The notes: generated by a model not told the origin, from the letters alone. A stretch of 64,000 nucleotides of DNA from Phoronis australis (GCA_002633005.1 NMRA01000156.1:293143-357142); one strand, 5' to 3'; positions 24,301 through 37,829 are shown, counted from the first letter of the stretch. Program-made: numbers and translations.

Positions 24301-26472
24301 TTATAATGTTCCGATGTAGACCAAAATTAAAAAATAGGGTCTTTCATAACCTTAACTAAATCTTTAAAGAACATTTGTCGTGTGAAGAACCGTACAATAA
24401 CACAGGTGCCCTTAAACAGTGACAAAAGAGCTTAGAAGTTTCATGCTGGTTACATTAAAAACGAATTTCACAAAAAGCGACTATTATTCGTATGCTGATT
24501 CAAAAGGGGGGCGCTAGACCGATACGCATCTGTTGACACATAGATGAGTTCGAAAACATCAGCTGCTACCTGTGAAGTTATGTGGACGAAAGATGCAACA
24601 GTACTTCACCATGACTAATGGACAGAGCGAACTAACACGTGACGCTCTACCTGTTTTTGATCTTACCTAAGTTTGCACGTAAAAGTTTGCATGCATTTAA
24701 GCCGTTGTTGCAGGAGAGAGAGAGAGAGAAAGAGAGAGCCCGACAAGCACGGTGTGTTACCTGCATATGTTCTTGAATGCCAGCAAAGACTTATACACGT
24801 GCACCGGCCCGTCATTCAATGAAGTACCCGGTATCCGTTCAAAATACTCACTGGGGCCACGGAACGTTGGGTCTATTTACACTTGCACTACGTCACTGCG
24901 ATCAACAGCTGAGCGGCTACGACGGGAGACAATACCGTAAATGCGAACAATCTTCGTGTCTAATTTTGCTTGAACGACGCTGTGCAATCGTTAAGCCAAC
25001 TGTGCTCAAACAATTGGTAATTAGTTTGGTTATTTCGCCATCACTGCTGTCCCTTGTGGAGGACAAAACAAAGCCATTGGAAAGGTGCATTTGTTCACTG
25101 AAGTCATTGCAAAAGTTTGTCAAGATTGTTCACACCTTCATGTCGTGTCGCCTTAAGTCGCCGTGTGACGGCATAGTTTAATAATTCGTGACGTTTATCG
25201 CTGCGTGTGAGTCCGACACGTTTGAGAAATTGCTTCTTTTCAGTATCGATCGGAAGAAATCAACCTCTGAGGCAGCGTGGGGCAAAAACATTACCGTCCA
25301 TGAATCAAGGGCGAATAAAGGATTTTGAGTTGGGGGGGGGGGGGGGGNCAGGCCAGAGTATTAGCCAGGATTTTGCCCGTCATAAGTTCGCACCCCCGAA
25401 CTGCCAAATGAAAACTGGGATAATTTTAGGAGGGGCGTGGCCCCCTTTCTCCCCCCCCCCTTTAAATCCTCCACTGCCTCTGCAGGGAAAACGCGTGTGG
25501 CGTATCGATTGGTGGTTCGTTGGAACAGATACAACGAGGTTGCGTCTAACTAGCTCTATTGTAATAACTGTCATGTTAGCAGAACATCAGCCAAAGCTAA
25601 GTGCAGACTAGATCTTAATTAAGCTGAATGAAACTTACAACAACAATATATAAAGGCACGATCCACCAACCAGGTACGAGGTAAAAATGAGGGTATCACA
25701 ATACTAAAAACAACTCTTTGAACTGGATCAGAAGTAAACACTGAACTGAACTACATCTTTAAGTTATGCAATATAATGGCTTACAAACACACATTCGTTC
25801 TAATTACACAACTCTGATGCATGATTTCTTTTTTTGTTTCATTCTGATTGCCATTTCTGCAAAGGATACAAGAAATAACGACGTTTTAAATCTATGAATA
25901 ACAACTGCAACATGAACCACAGGCATCAGGTGCTCGACGTTACCCTATAATATATGAATGTTATAGTGTGACGTCGAGCGGCTGAGAGTGCCTGCGCTCG
26001 GAACATTGTGATAACGCGGTGAAAAATTGAGGAGAGTGACTACAACTATAGTATTGACATTGATCAAAATGGAGATGTCACGTGTTACACTCTTTCTTCT
26101 TCGTCAACGGGTCAAAATCCGCAATTTAAGTTCAAAGACAAACAATGCAGTCAATCATGCTAAAAGCACTTATTGTGACTCTCCCTTGAAACTTAGGGGG
26201 TTATCAAGCTGAAATATTCACCGTTGCCAAGGTAACCAAGTAGTTTGCCAACCAAAATGATCAATTTCAGGTTGGAGGGTAATCACGTTAGAAGCAGGCA
26301 ACCCTGTCCAAAGTTTTCGAGGTGACCCTTTGTTGAAACTTCGGGGTGTTGCTATAACGAGGTTTTTGACACTCAAGATCACCAATTTTAGAAGCAGGCA
26401 AAGAATTTTCACGGTTCTCCTTAAAAGCTTAGAGAAGTTGGCAAGCTTAAGTGTGTACCGTTTCCACGGTAT

Positions 26473-26625
26473 CCAGGCGTGCGTTCAGTAACGCTAGGAC
26501 CTACGCTAGGACGTAGCTAAAATCTAGCTAAAGTCACGTGATCTCATTTAAAATACACGGCAATATCTCACGTAATCTCGCGAAGTCTTGCTTTTTTGCG
26601 AGGTCATAGCGTTACTGAACGGGAG
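26473..26625. mobile_element. ~150-bp MITE, copy 1
   Basis: TIRs CGTTCAGTAACGCTAGGACC / GGTCATAGCGTTACTGAACG; a near-identical copy lies at 44940-45093. Confidence 0.8.
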
Positions 26626-27648
26626 AATTGTAACAATATACTAAGCTGGGTGAGCCACGTGCAGACGAAATTTTGAAGAGTTTAAGCTACATGTTTGCTT
26701 TATTAAAGATATGTCATAATATATTCGAGTAGAACAATTTTGATATGGTTGCCTCTCGTCTACAATCTCATGGAAATAACGCTTGCAACAACATAAAAGC
26801 TGCGCATAGTTAGTGCAATAGATTTGCATAAATCAATTACTAAAACCAAGTTTATTTGAATTAGTTACCATGGCAATAATTTCTGGATTTTCAAAATTGT
26901 GCTACTGGTTTTGACATAGTAGTAATACTTATGGCAACTGCTTTTTAAAACGCGCACAACATAATGAATAAAATAAAGAATATACTTGTGGCAAAGGTGT
27001 GCCGTAATTACCACCAGTATCTGTGGTTTAACTTTAAAAGTTCAATAAAACGTTGCCATGACGACGGATGTGCATAGTCATCACAAGTAGTCAATTCAAG
27101 GTCGGTGGCACTGCTATAAAGAGTTCACAGCGACTTTGTAAATAGAAGCACGTGTGTCTTTGGGTTAGTTTATGGAGCAAAACTTGTCAAATATTTTTAT
27201 GCTATTATAAAAAGAAGTCCATCGTTTGTTCATCCTTTATGTTGAAACTAGAAATGACGTCTACAGCAGAAAAAACATGCCTGGCATAGATCTGGGAGTT
27301 CAATAATGATAGCATCTCGCTAGGACCTCGCTAGAAAAGCAAAACTTCGCGACACTACGCGACACATTGCTCTCTATTTTAAACGAGAGCACGTGATTTG
27401 GGCTTGACTTTCTCGTCGCGAGATAACTACTAAACTCTGACCTGGCTTTGTTTACTTGCATATGCAGCAATCCACGATTTTCTATGTTTCTTTCAGAAAT
27501 AAATAGAAATTGCTTTAGAGCACAAGTGTAAATGACTAAAACGTTGCGAAAAAGTATTATAAAACAATTTGGAATGAAAAAGTTTTTCCGTTTTTTCAAA
27601 ATATAATTTTTTCCTTCTACAGTTCCCCGTCTTTGCTTGATCTTGAAC

Positions 27649-28161
27649 ATTAGATATCAATTCTGGAGAATAGGTTCGTCATTGGTCTCTAGAGGCATTG
27701 TAGATGTAAAAAGTCACTTAGAGACGTGGTTGGTTGTTAGCAGACGTTTCCAGCTGAAATGTGACCAGGATCCCAACCACACCTACATTGGAGAAACCAA
27801 AAGACCGTTCCTTACCAGATTCAAAGAACATCTGAAACTAGACAGACCAACAGCTGTGGAGGAACATATTTTGGCGACTGGGCACACCATCTCTCTTGCG
27901 TCATCCAGGATCCTAGCCAAGGAACGAAATTGGCATACTCGTATGCTCAAAGAGGCCATAAACATCAACAGTCAGCGCCCTCTCCTGATCCGGGACAGAG
28001 GACTCCACTTACCCCCCCGTGTACTCCAGCATTTTTAATCAGCGAAAGGCGGGAAATTCCTCACTCATCGACAAAGACCTGGCGGATCAGGTCGAAACGT
28101 CTGCTAACAACCAACCACGTCTCTAAGTAAGTGATTTTTTACATCTACAATTAGATATCAA
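27649..28161 (+). mobile_element. 5'-truncated Penelope-like retroelement: GIY-YIG endonuclease fragment, pLTR and inverted pLTR
   Basis: FQLKC...TYIGETKRPFLTRFKEH...AVEEHILATGH...RMLKEAINI...RDRG is a typical PLE GIY-YIG C-terminus. 27698-27750 is the inverted copy of 28094-28150. A 12-bp direct repeat ATTAGATATCAA lies at 27649 and 28150. Confidence 0.9.
28066..28103 (+). ncRNA. Variant minimal hammerhead ribozyme motif in the Penelope pLTR
   Basis: CA-TCGACAA-A-GACCTG(gcggat)CAGGTC-GAAACGTC-TG: 6-bp stem II and GAAA/GUC site, but the core deviates from CUGANGA. Confidence 0.55.
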
Positions 28162-28624
28162 ATTTGTACTTTATTTACGAATTGATAAATTACGAATCTG
28201 TTTTAGTTTTGACAGTTACGGTGTTATTAAGCATAATTAAACTTTCAGGTTAAGAGATGGTTACTCGTGCTCCTCATGTAAATGGACAAACACTAATTCC
28301 CAATGTTGTAAAAACAGCAAGCTCAATTTTGGTTCTGCTGATTCGACATCTTGCCTGTCTTGTCCAGTTCACTAGACAATTCTGAACTTATCAGTTTTGG
28401 TGATCTACAGTATCCGTTTCACAAATTCCCACAAATAAGATCATGTCTTCATAGGCTAAATTCGAATAGAAGGACATCTAGTTATAAATTTTCCAAGGAA
28501 ACATTTCTCCGGCTAAAACTAAATGTTAGATATTTTAAATCTTACAAAACGTTCTGTTTTGTTTTGCTATCTAATTCATTGTTTTCATGGAATGTTATTA
28601 GACGATCAACAATCAATTAAGCAA

Positions 28625-30391
28625 TTTTTATGCCCCCACTATGTGGACGCATCATGCCGTCATCTGCGTCCGTACGTCCGTCCGTCCGTCCGTCCGGCGT
28701 CCGGCGTCCGCTGCTCTAATGATCTCTAAAACGCCTTGACGTATCTTCATGGAATTTTGCACTTGAGTTTCTTCCGTGAATGGGACAGCATGAACTAACT
28801 TACGGACGAATCCGGCTACCGGTGTGCCCCCTAGTGGCAGTTTTAGTTTTTTACGTTTACCTCTGTATCTTCAAAAGCCCTGAACGAATTTTCATAAAAT
28901 TTAGTGTATTAGCACCTATTAGTGAGATGACGCTGTCCTCCCGTTTTGGGATGGATTCAAAGTAGTTTGCGCCACCTAGTGGCCATTTTTACTGTTTTCG
29001 AGTCTATTTTTTGCGTCCACCCCTCTATCAACCAAACCACTCAAAGGATGATTGTGAAAATTGGCACGTACATGTATGTTCTGACTATGAAGTGGACGGC
29101 TTACGATGATATTCCGACGATTTCGACTATTGTTGCGCCTCCTAGTGGCAGTTTTTTACGCCTATAGCTGTATCTTCTAAACCGTTCGAAGGATCTTTAC
29201 TAAATTTAGTAAGTGTATAATTAATATGATGTTGACATTGGACGACAACGACTTTCGGACGGATCTGACTACTGGTGTGCCACCTAGTGGCAATTTCATT
29301 TTTTTACGTTTACCTCTGTATGTCCAAAGGTCCTCAAATAATTTTCATAAATCTGTTCATTAGGCGACGTTATCTCTCCGTTTTCAGATAGATTCGACCT
29401 AGTTTGCACCACCTAGTGGCAATTTTTACTGTTTTTTGGCGTCCACTCGTCTATCAACCAAACCGCTTTCAGGATAATTGAGAAAATTGGCATGTATGTT
29501 TTTACTATGAAGTGGATGGCTGACGATGATTTTCTGACGAGTTCGACTACTGTGGCGCTTCCTACTGTCAGTTTTGTTTTTGCATTTATCGCTGTATCTC
29601 CTAAACCGTTTGCAGGATCTTTACTTAACGAGTTCGACTACTGTGGCGCCTCCTAGTGGCACTTTTTTCGCAATCATGGCTGTATCTATTAAACCTTTTG
29701 CAGGATCTTTACTTAATTTAGCAAGTGACGGTATTTATATGATGTTGACAGCGGACGACGACGAATTTCGGACAGATCTGACTTTTGGTGTGCCCCCTAG
29801 TGGAAATTTTAGTTTTTTGTGTTTACCAGTCTGTATCTTCAAAGGTCCTCAACAGATTTTCATAAAATATTGGCATCTATTGGTGAGATGACGCTATCAT
29901 CCTGTTTTTGGATGGAATCAGGTATTTTGCGCCACCTGGCGGCCATTTTTGCTGTTTTCAAATCTTGTTTTTGGCGTCCACCCCTCGATCAACCAAATCA
30001 TTCTGGGGATGGTTTTGAAAACTGGCCTATATGTTTTCAGTAGTGGTAGTTTTGTTTTGTTTTTAGCCCATGACTGTATATCCAAAACCCACTGCATGAT
30101 CTTTATTAAATTTAGTAAGTGAATTCATGTGAAGATAACAGACTTTGACTGTCAGGCGGATCGAACGGACGTTGTGCCCACAAGTGGCAATTTCATTTTA
30201 TTCTGTTTTCCTTTATTTCTCTGAAGTTCCTTGACAGATTCTATGAGATATGGCATGATCCCCGTTTTTGGATGGATTGTACGTTTTTGCGCCATCTAGT
30301 GGCCATTTTATGATACAAATAAATAACCCTAAAAGCACACCATTTGCGATGCATTCGTGGGCGCATTTCAACGCTCCGCGTTGTTCTTGTT
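28625..30391 (+). mobile_element. Non-autonomous Helentron-type (HINE/DINE-like) element with an internal tandem array
   Basis: 5' TTTTT-ATGCCCCCAC, (TCCG)n microsatellite near 28668-28700, diverged internal repeats, 3' inverted GTGGGCGCAT, terminal hairpin CAACGC-tcc-GCGTTG, then TTCTTGTT. Confidence 0.75.
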
Positions 30392-32123
30392 ATAGTACAG
30401 ATTATGCAGATTGGCAGAAACAAAAGATAGCGACAGACCTTCTAACCGCGGAAGAACTATAATGGCTTTGTACAGAATTCGAGTACTGCACAAACTCTTG
30501 GCGATATAATCAGGATCGTTGGATTTTTCAGTGTTCCCATAAAATCCATTATTTCGCCTATACTGCCACGTCCTATATACGGGACTTTGAAAGCAGGAAT
30601 CTTCTGAGTGGTGGCCTATTGATACAGTGCTAGAACCTATGAAGCACTTCTTTTGTTATCACCAGGTGGCGAGACCGTCTCTGCAACGAATCGGCTGACG
30701 CTTCTGCCAAACATGCCATGGAAATTTCATGCGTTCGCTCAAAAATAGTTCGGCAAAGAGAAAATCAACGAGAAAGGGAAGCAGAAGAAATGAAGCCCAT
30801 TTATCAAGAACTGAGCTGGTCGCTTGGCATTGATTTTGGTGCCGAATATTATAATGTCATCCTTTTTTTCGTCTGAAAATACGCCTTGTGGATTGCGGTA
30901 ATGCAACGTAATACAAGTTAGTGTTGGCACACGACTAGTAAATTACCTTGTCTAGGACTGTGTAGCTAGGAACACAGTGCTAATTGCTGACGACATGTCT
31001 AGAGAGCACGGCGTGTGGTTCGTCTTTGGTCAAAACAAGAAAATAAAGATTCTTGTTATGCTTATCGACTCAACCAATTGTTATTGTTAGGTACCAGCTT
31101 CGTCAAAATATAACTTACAGTTTATATAATACACTTATTTGCCCAGAAATTATGTTATCAATTATTATTGGAATGGCTGGGTTGGGTGGCCCCAGCTACA
31201 TGTCCTTACATCATAAATTACAATGCAGCATACAGAACAAATAATTACGTATTTTGAAAACTACTCATAGTGATTGGGCGAACAATTAACATGAGGAAAG
31301 GGGAAGGATTTTCATACACTCGATTTAATTAACTTAAGTAAATTACATTTACTTTTACATATGCTTATCTAAATGAAAAAAATTATATTTTGTTACAATA
31401 AGACGGAGAAGCGGTTAAAATACCATCACTCGTATGTAAAGAATAGTGTCGTTATATTAATTTTAAAAAGATGCCTACAAAACCCTCCACTGCTCTTAAG
31501 TTTTATCTGAGGCATTAAGTACAATAACATTCACTGTGTGAAACAGTGTAAATTTAAAATTATTAAAAAATTGCTGAGACCCATTTCTTGATGAAGTATA
31601 AATATAGCATTGGGCATGAGTATACACGGCATAGAAGATTTAATTTTATTTGCCAAAGAAGCAAACTAAAGAGTGATGGTTCAGTATGCAAGTTAAATAC
31701 TTCTTTTGTAAAATGAGGTAGTGAATCCTAGAAAATATTAACACAGAAGTAAATGCAATACACATGATGATAAGTGCGGAGCTCGCCAAAGTAGAAAGAT
31801 TGGTCGGTTTGTGAAACAGAAAAAAATTAACATCTTGGTTTTGTCAATTCTTTTGTGGATGAAAAGGTATTTAAACATATATTGTCAAATGAGGGTTAAT
31901 GGACAGAGGGAAAGGAAGGTTATATATTTATTCAAACTCGTCGTCTGTGTAATAATTGAGTAAAGAAACGAAATTACCTGGTTTTATAGAAAACATGTGC
32001 ATAAACACGAATTGGATCTATTGATAAACAAAAATCTATTGTTATTACAACTAACAAGCCGTCTATCAGCCCCCTCAGAATCTTTCTTCAAGGTCGTTAT
32101 AACCGAAGAAAGGGATATGATAG

Positions 32124-32357
32124 CATGCGTGCAACTAGTCTAAAAAGTAGGGGGGCTCGAATTTTTGAGAATGTGGACCTTTTATTAAAACAAAACGGGG
32201 TACGTTCAGGGCTATGAATTGTGCATGCGCCGAATTCCTGCATTTTTAGTGGAATTATGTCTCCTTTTTCCGGACTTTTTGTTTCTCTGAAGCAGACCTT
32301 TTTGCCCACTTCGCCAAATGGGGGGNCAACCCTCGAGCCCCCCCCGGGTGCGCGCAT
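32124..32357. mobile_element. MITE family with CATGCGCGCACCC-type TIRs
   Basis: Related copies at ~45190-45345, ~52717-52971 (inverted) and ~54849-54928 (internally deleted). Confidence 0.7.
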
Positions 32358-33259
32358 AGATAGAAGTATCCTTCAATTCATAATTTTTCTTAATATTTCC
32401 CATTTAAGAATTTTGTTCTGACTATCTAAAAAGTCTCCACAAAACATTAGGCCTGTATTGTTGCATTGTACTACAGATCTTAGTAAGTAAAAAAATGATT
32501 CACCTTTAACAGTTAAATCACAATTACTCCATATCACGTGTTTAGCTTTGGGAACCTCACCAATTATTTCAGCATTAAGTAAGTCCAAGTTATCAGTAAA
32601 TCTTTATAACTTTATAAAAATGGTTTATAATTTCGCATTTTAATGTTTCCAGTTGAAATTTAGATGAAAAAGTGAGGTCACCGCCATCACGAATAAAAAG
32701 ATGCCTCGGATACACCCTCCAATTTGGTTCGTCGTGACCGGGTTTTTGATTAATTACGAATTTCGTACTACATCAGTTTCTATAGACACCCTGTAGAGTA
32801 GCTTCAAAAGAAAAAGTCAACAGGTGGCGTTAGGGGAGTGTGCCTGCTATTGGAGTGTCCGTGCGACACGAGATAACATGGATCAGCCTATCGCCAGGGA
32901 AATACGAATGGATGTATTCTAGAGAATATTCGAGAAAAGTAAGGTTGCAACACATTGTTAATAAATGGCTGTACTTAGCGCTGGGGCGAAATTGTCTCAT
33001 ATAGTTTGAAAATCTTATTAATTGTTTAATGTGTTCAGAAATAGTGTCAAAATATTAGATTAGAATCAAATAAAAATTTTACGCTTCCCTGAACTATTTT
33101 TGAAAAAAATGTTCAAACATGAGAAACAATGTACAATCAGAATGGGTAACAATTTTGACTCACCCTGTGTAACGTGAGAGACAGAAAAATAATTGAGGAC
33201 AAATTTTGCGCTTCAAGACGGAGTTTTACGTTTTAATTAAAGAAATGGAAACAATAAGT

Positions 33260-35351
33260 GATACTATTAGTCTAGACGCATTTCTGAAAAATGTGCATGT
33301 TAGAGGCATTTTTTAGTAAAAGTGGAGAACCTAACTTTTTAGCATAATTATGGTGTGCTGATTTCGATTATGCCTGTTCCCAAGCTGGATTTTGAGTTTT
33401 TGACCATCTAATTTGCATAAACAAAATGGCCGCCAAATCAACAAGATCAGAAACATTCGTGGGACCAGGAGTACAATATGTGACGAACAATTAGGAAATT
33501 TGTGCTATAAAAACATAGTATAAGTGTGTTTAGATCACTTAATTTTGAGAACATATTAATGAACGTCATTAAATTCCCCAAGTATGCTAATTAGCTTCCG
33601 CTATTACCGAAAAATTCAAATATTGGTGTAACTTTATCAATTTGCAGGCAAACATGACAAATAAATTGTCTATACCTATGTTTTGAAGGTCTAGAAAAAT
33701 CATTATGACACATGTGAAGCTTTTTATTTCATCTTCACTAAGTTACAATTTATGCTCATTGATAAAGCCTGAAAATTAAACTAGAAATCATAATTATCAA
33801 TGCTTTTTTGCGAACATCTCACTATTTACATAAGACATAAAAGTATTGTAAACATAACAACATGACTTTTAGATACTGTTGTAAAGAGATGCATGGCCAT
33901 AACGTCCCATTTTGGACAGGAACATACCGTCCTCAAAGTCGACCAAGCACTCTGCTGCAGATTAATGGAGCTTACGTGGTCGGTCCCAGAATACCAAAAT
34001 ATGTTAATAGAGTACCTCGTTTAGTGGTTCTTCATCAAGGCCACAGAAGATCACAAGAATGATTCCGGAATAGCTGAGGTGTGTATAGAGAGTGCAGTAC
34101 TTGGTCACGACCTATGGAACTGGTCCTCAGTGGAAAGTCGTACAGCAAAGCTACAGTATGAGGGCACACAAACTGTCTTTGCAAGCTCTGTGGAATCTCA
34201 TGGTGCCAATCCTTCTCTCATTCATTGCTGAAGCGACTGTCATGCTTGTATTTCCAGTATGTCTGCAGATGATGATCCACAGAAAATTCCGGAATTGATA
34301 ACATTTCTCAGTCAGGATAAGTTCAGGAAAGTCCTGGGCATTTTGTCAACATTAGGTCTGATGATGTGAATTTCAGCTTCTGGTAGAGTTACAAGGACAT
34401 GGTTCCAATACGGTTAAAGTACACATGCTCTCAACGGGATGGCATTTTGGAACTGCATCTCTATTCATTTACTCTCATGCTGCCCCACCGAATTATGACC
34501 GAGTGGGGTGCGGTCTTTTTAGTCGAGATGCATCAGCTTCCACAGTCTGCTTGGTCAGAGGTTCAAGCAGGAAATTTTATAGTCAAGCGATCTCCTCATA
34601 TGCTCTGTCAGGTAGGTTCTGACCAATGGGTAAATGGGACAGGCAAAACGGAGGTGGCATCATCGGTAATACCAAAACCACGCCAGCTCTATGGAGGTGG
34701 ACACTCTCATTGCATCTGAGATATCATATAGCTGAACAAACTTACCGCTGTGGGAGTACATAGTTTCACAACGAAGCCACGAAAGCCAGGAAACTGTGCG
34801 AAAATAATGTCGAGAGTTCCCTTTTTTACACTTTCCATGAATTGAAGGTCTTCTCGTCCGTAAGGCCTTAGCTGCTACAAACCCTTTCAACAAAAGACCT
34901 AGAGCAACAGCACCAATCCAAGAGTCACTTTTGCATACCAAGGAACTTGGACACAAAAAAATTAAGAAATTTGTTCAAGACAGATTATCATTGAGCAATG
35001 CGATAATTCAGACATGTCAATTCATGCACCTATACGCAAAAATAATGCCCCAACATTTGCCAACTTATATGATGTGGTGAAACAAACCAAAGATAAAGAT
35101 AAAGATAAGAAAATAGTTCTTAAGGCAGACAGAGATGTACTTGGCTGTCTAGCTACGGCTTATGAGGCGGGTCGGCCAGTTGATTTGGCGTCTGTGCTCA
35201 AAGGCGAGCTTCTTCCAGTCCATGTTGTCTTGCAGAAACGAGTGGCACATTGCGCACTGGATATAAATCTTCACTTGTCGAAGTATTAATAGCTACCACA
35301 TCGACTGTCCTGAAACAATTCAGCTTCATGACACGTCCGCTTGCCTCATTA
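33260..35351 (+). mobile_element. Degenerate Academ-like DNA transposon (frameshifted transposase)
   Basis: Successive frames give RAHKLSLQALW, RDGILELHLYSF..MLP, WGAVFLVEMHQLP..GNFIVKRS, APIRKNNAPTF, KADRDVLGCL..GRPVDLASVLKGELLPV, LAETSGTLRTGYKS and SACLI. These match recalled motifs of large XPG-containing Academ-type proteins. Truncated at the N at 35352; left boundary approximate. Confidence 0.65.
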
Positions 35352-35353
35352 NC

Positions 35354-36067
35354 CCTTTCTCGGTTAAATCGGATAACGGAACTCAGTTTGTAAGCCAATT
35401 GTTCGAGGCTTATCTTAGTGAACGGGGAATTGAACATCGACTCTCCCCTCCATTATGGCCTCAAGCCAATGGAGAGGTAGAACGACAAAATCGTACTTTG
35501 CTGAAATCTATCAAGATTGCGGTGCTCGAAGGCAAAGATTGGAGAAAGGAACTACAGGGTTTCTTGTTAGCGTATCGATCAACACCGCATTCGACCACGG
35601 GTGCTTCCCCGGCATTTCTTATGTTTGGGCGGGAAATTCGGACAAGATTGCCTGAACTACGACCGGATGCCCATGTGACTCTCGAGAATGTTCGTGATCG
35701 AGACTGGTGTAAGAAACTTGAAGGGAAATCGTACAGCGATGAAAAGGGACGCGCAACGAAAAACGATTTAACTCTTGGGACAAGTGTGTTACTCAAGAAC
35801 ACTAAATCGTCTGGGAAATTAGATCCCAAATTTGAAGCAGAACCTTACGTTCTTAAGGAGAAGGAAGGACATACAGTGACAGTAGAAGGTCCACAGGGAA
35901 CCTTCACCAGAGACAGTTCATTTGTAAAACCATTCGTTGAACGCGAGACTGCACCAGAGTCGTCTCCATCTGCTGAGCCATTAGGCGAACCGCAACGGAG
36001 TATGGAACGACCAAAACGGACTATTAAAGTCCCATCACGATTTGATGACTTTGTTTTAAACAAGTAG
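35354..36067 (+). CDS. Ty3/Gypsy pol 3' end (integrase catalytic core and C-terminus)
   Basis: Open from the gap: SDNGTQF...SPPLWPQANGEVERQNRTL...FLLAYRSTPHSTTGASPAFLMFGR...KLDPKF...RPKRTIKVPSRFDDFV. Confidence 0.93.
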   Translation, partial: PFSVKSDNGTQFVSQLFEAYLSERGIEHRLSPPLWPQANGEVERQNRTLLKSIKIAVLEGKDWRKELQGFLLAYRSTPHSTTGASPAFLMFGREIRTRLPELRPDAHVTLENVRDRDWCKKLEGKSYSDEKGRATKNDLTLGTSVLLKNTKSSGKLDPKFEAEPYVLKEKEGHTVTVEGPQGTFTRDSSFVKPFVERETAPESSPSAEPLGEPQRSMERPKRTIKVPSRFDDFVLNK

Positions 36068-36080
36068 TTGCTCTCATGTT

Positions 36081-36252
36081 TAAGGGGGGAGGGAATGTAG
36101 TATAGTGACTTAGTCGTAGGCATGTTTTGTGCGGAACAGTTACTTCCGGTTTAGCCACCATGTTGGCAATTGTCTTTGTTTTTTTCTGTGTAGAATAAAT
36201 CGTTAATTAGAGTAACCATCTGCGTTGTTGACGACGAACGAAAGATCTAACA
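36081..36252 (+). mobile_element. Polypurine tract and short (157-bp) 3' LTR of the Gypsy element
   Basis: PPT AAGGGGGGAGGGAA directly precedes TGTAG (36096); AATAAA at about 36194; ends CTAACA (36252). Confidence 0.75.
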
Positions 36253-37829
36253 TTTCCCTTATATGGAAAATGTGACATTTGACCTCAAGTGACTTCAAGC
36301 AACTGACTGTGAGCCCATGTGTGCAGTTATCAAAAGTGGGAGGGAGATTAAAAACTATGTGGTAACCACCGCGCGTATTTTAACAATTGTGAATTTTGTG
36401 ATTTTTATTGAAATTTCCTCGCAAGAAAAAGTAAATAATTTTGTACTAGACGTTGCCTGAAGGTACTTTCATCAGGAATTGTTTAAAAGATATTTTTGAC
36501 GAGCTTTCGCGTTCCATGCCTCTTTAAGGTTCCGTGGTAAGAATTTTGTAGTGCATGGTAAGTGTTTGTGAAGAGTTGTAAGAGTTTTGCATCGTGGCAA
36601 GTGTTTTGCGGTCCGTGGTAAGGTTTTGTTTTCCCCGCCTGAATCCGTAGCGAAAGGTGCTCGTGTGGCACTTTCGGTGGAAAACCCTCGCATATGGAAC
36701 GGAAATTTTTACTTCCATAATTCAACATTCTAGCCTAACCGAACACTCACTTCAGTGGAAACTGTTTTGCCAGTCGATGCTCCGAGCTTTTGAAAGGACA
36801 AACTTTTATACCGTCTTTTGGAGACATGTTCCATTTAGGTTCTGTGTAATAAAAACGCAATAGAGTTGCATGAATCAGCCCTCACGTCGCAGATTTTCGT
36901 TGAGTTGGAATTTTTTATTGGATACGGCCAAATTTGCGGGAGCGGAAGCTAAGCTGTCGACATTACAGCTCCCATTTCAAATCATTTGAGTCGATTTGCC
37001 TTCATGTTCACGTCAACTATCAATGTTTTCCGAAACTCTTCTGTTAGTCTAAATTACCGTAGGTTTCAAATTTAATCCCGTTTTTGCGACAATGACACAA
37101 TTTTACTTCGACAAGCGAAGTTCACAACCACACACGTGCGCGCATCCGGTGCACAAAGTTATTGACCCCTTCTCAATGCTCTCTAGTTCTTGTAAACGGA
37201 AAAAAAAACACCTTTGTCTCTCAACTGCCTTGGTTCGTTTAATTCCTATGCAGACATTAGGGGCATAATTTTATCAACAAAGTCTGGAATCTGGATGTGT
37301 GCACTAATCAAAAAGGAATCCCCACGGCGGTTTAAGTGCTATGTAAAACCTTAATTTCCGTCTACGTCTCATTATGTGGCATTAAAATGGTTTAAGACGA
37401 TTTCCCCTGCATAACTCAACAACTATGTTGCGCAGTTTTTCTCCCTATACCGTAAATTACCGATAAAGAGATATCTCAATAACAACGCACCCAGGGTGGG
37501 TTTCTGTGAAAATCCAAAAAGAGGGAAATGAACAAATACTGAATTTGGTTCTGCATCTTCCACGTTTCACTTGCAACCATCGTCGCTCAGACACAAAAAG
37601 CTGAACTCATTCCCACAAATGCACATAACTATGCTTCTATGAAAAACGACCAATAGGTTTTTCAGATTGTAGGCCTAATTATCCCCCATGGCGCTTTCAC
37701 GGAAATTGACGCCATGACCTACACGTCTTAGAGTATTCACTTTTCTCTTGTGTTCATGGTGTTGAATCTTCGTTGACCATAGTCTCTGAGGATGCTGAGT
37801 TTATGAATGCTACGGAGGGTGAACGGCAT

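Noticed and set aside
24752-25611. Two 134-aa plus-strand ORFs
   Set aside because: No recognisable motifs; one runs through a G-run MITE fragment and an N. The region may be regulatory or UTR, but this is unsupported.
28820-30305. Regularly spaced short repeats as a CRISPR array
   Set aside because: The intervening sequences are long and homologous to one another, the context is eukaryotic and no cas genes are present.
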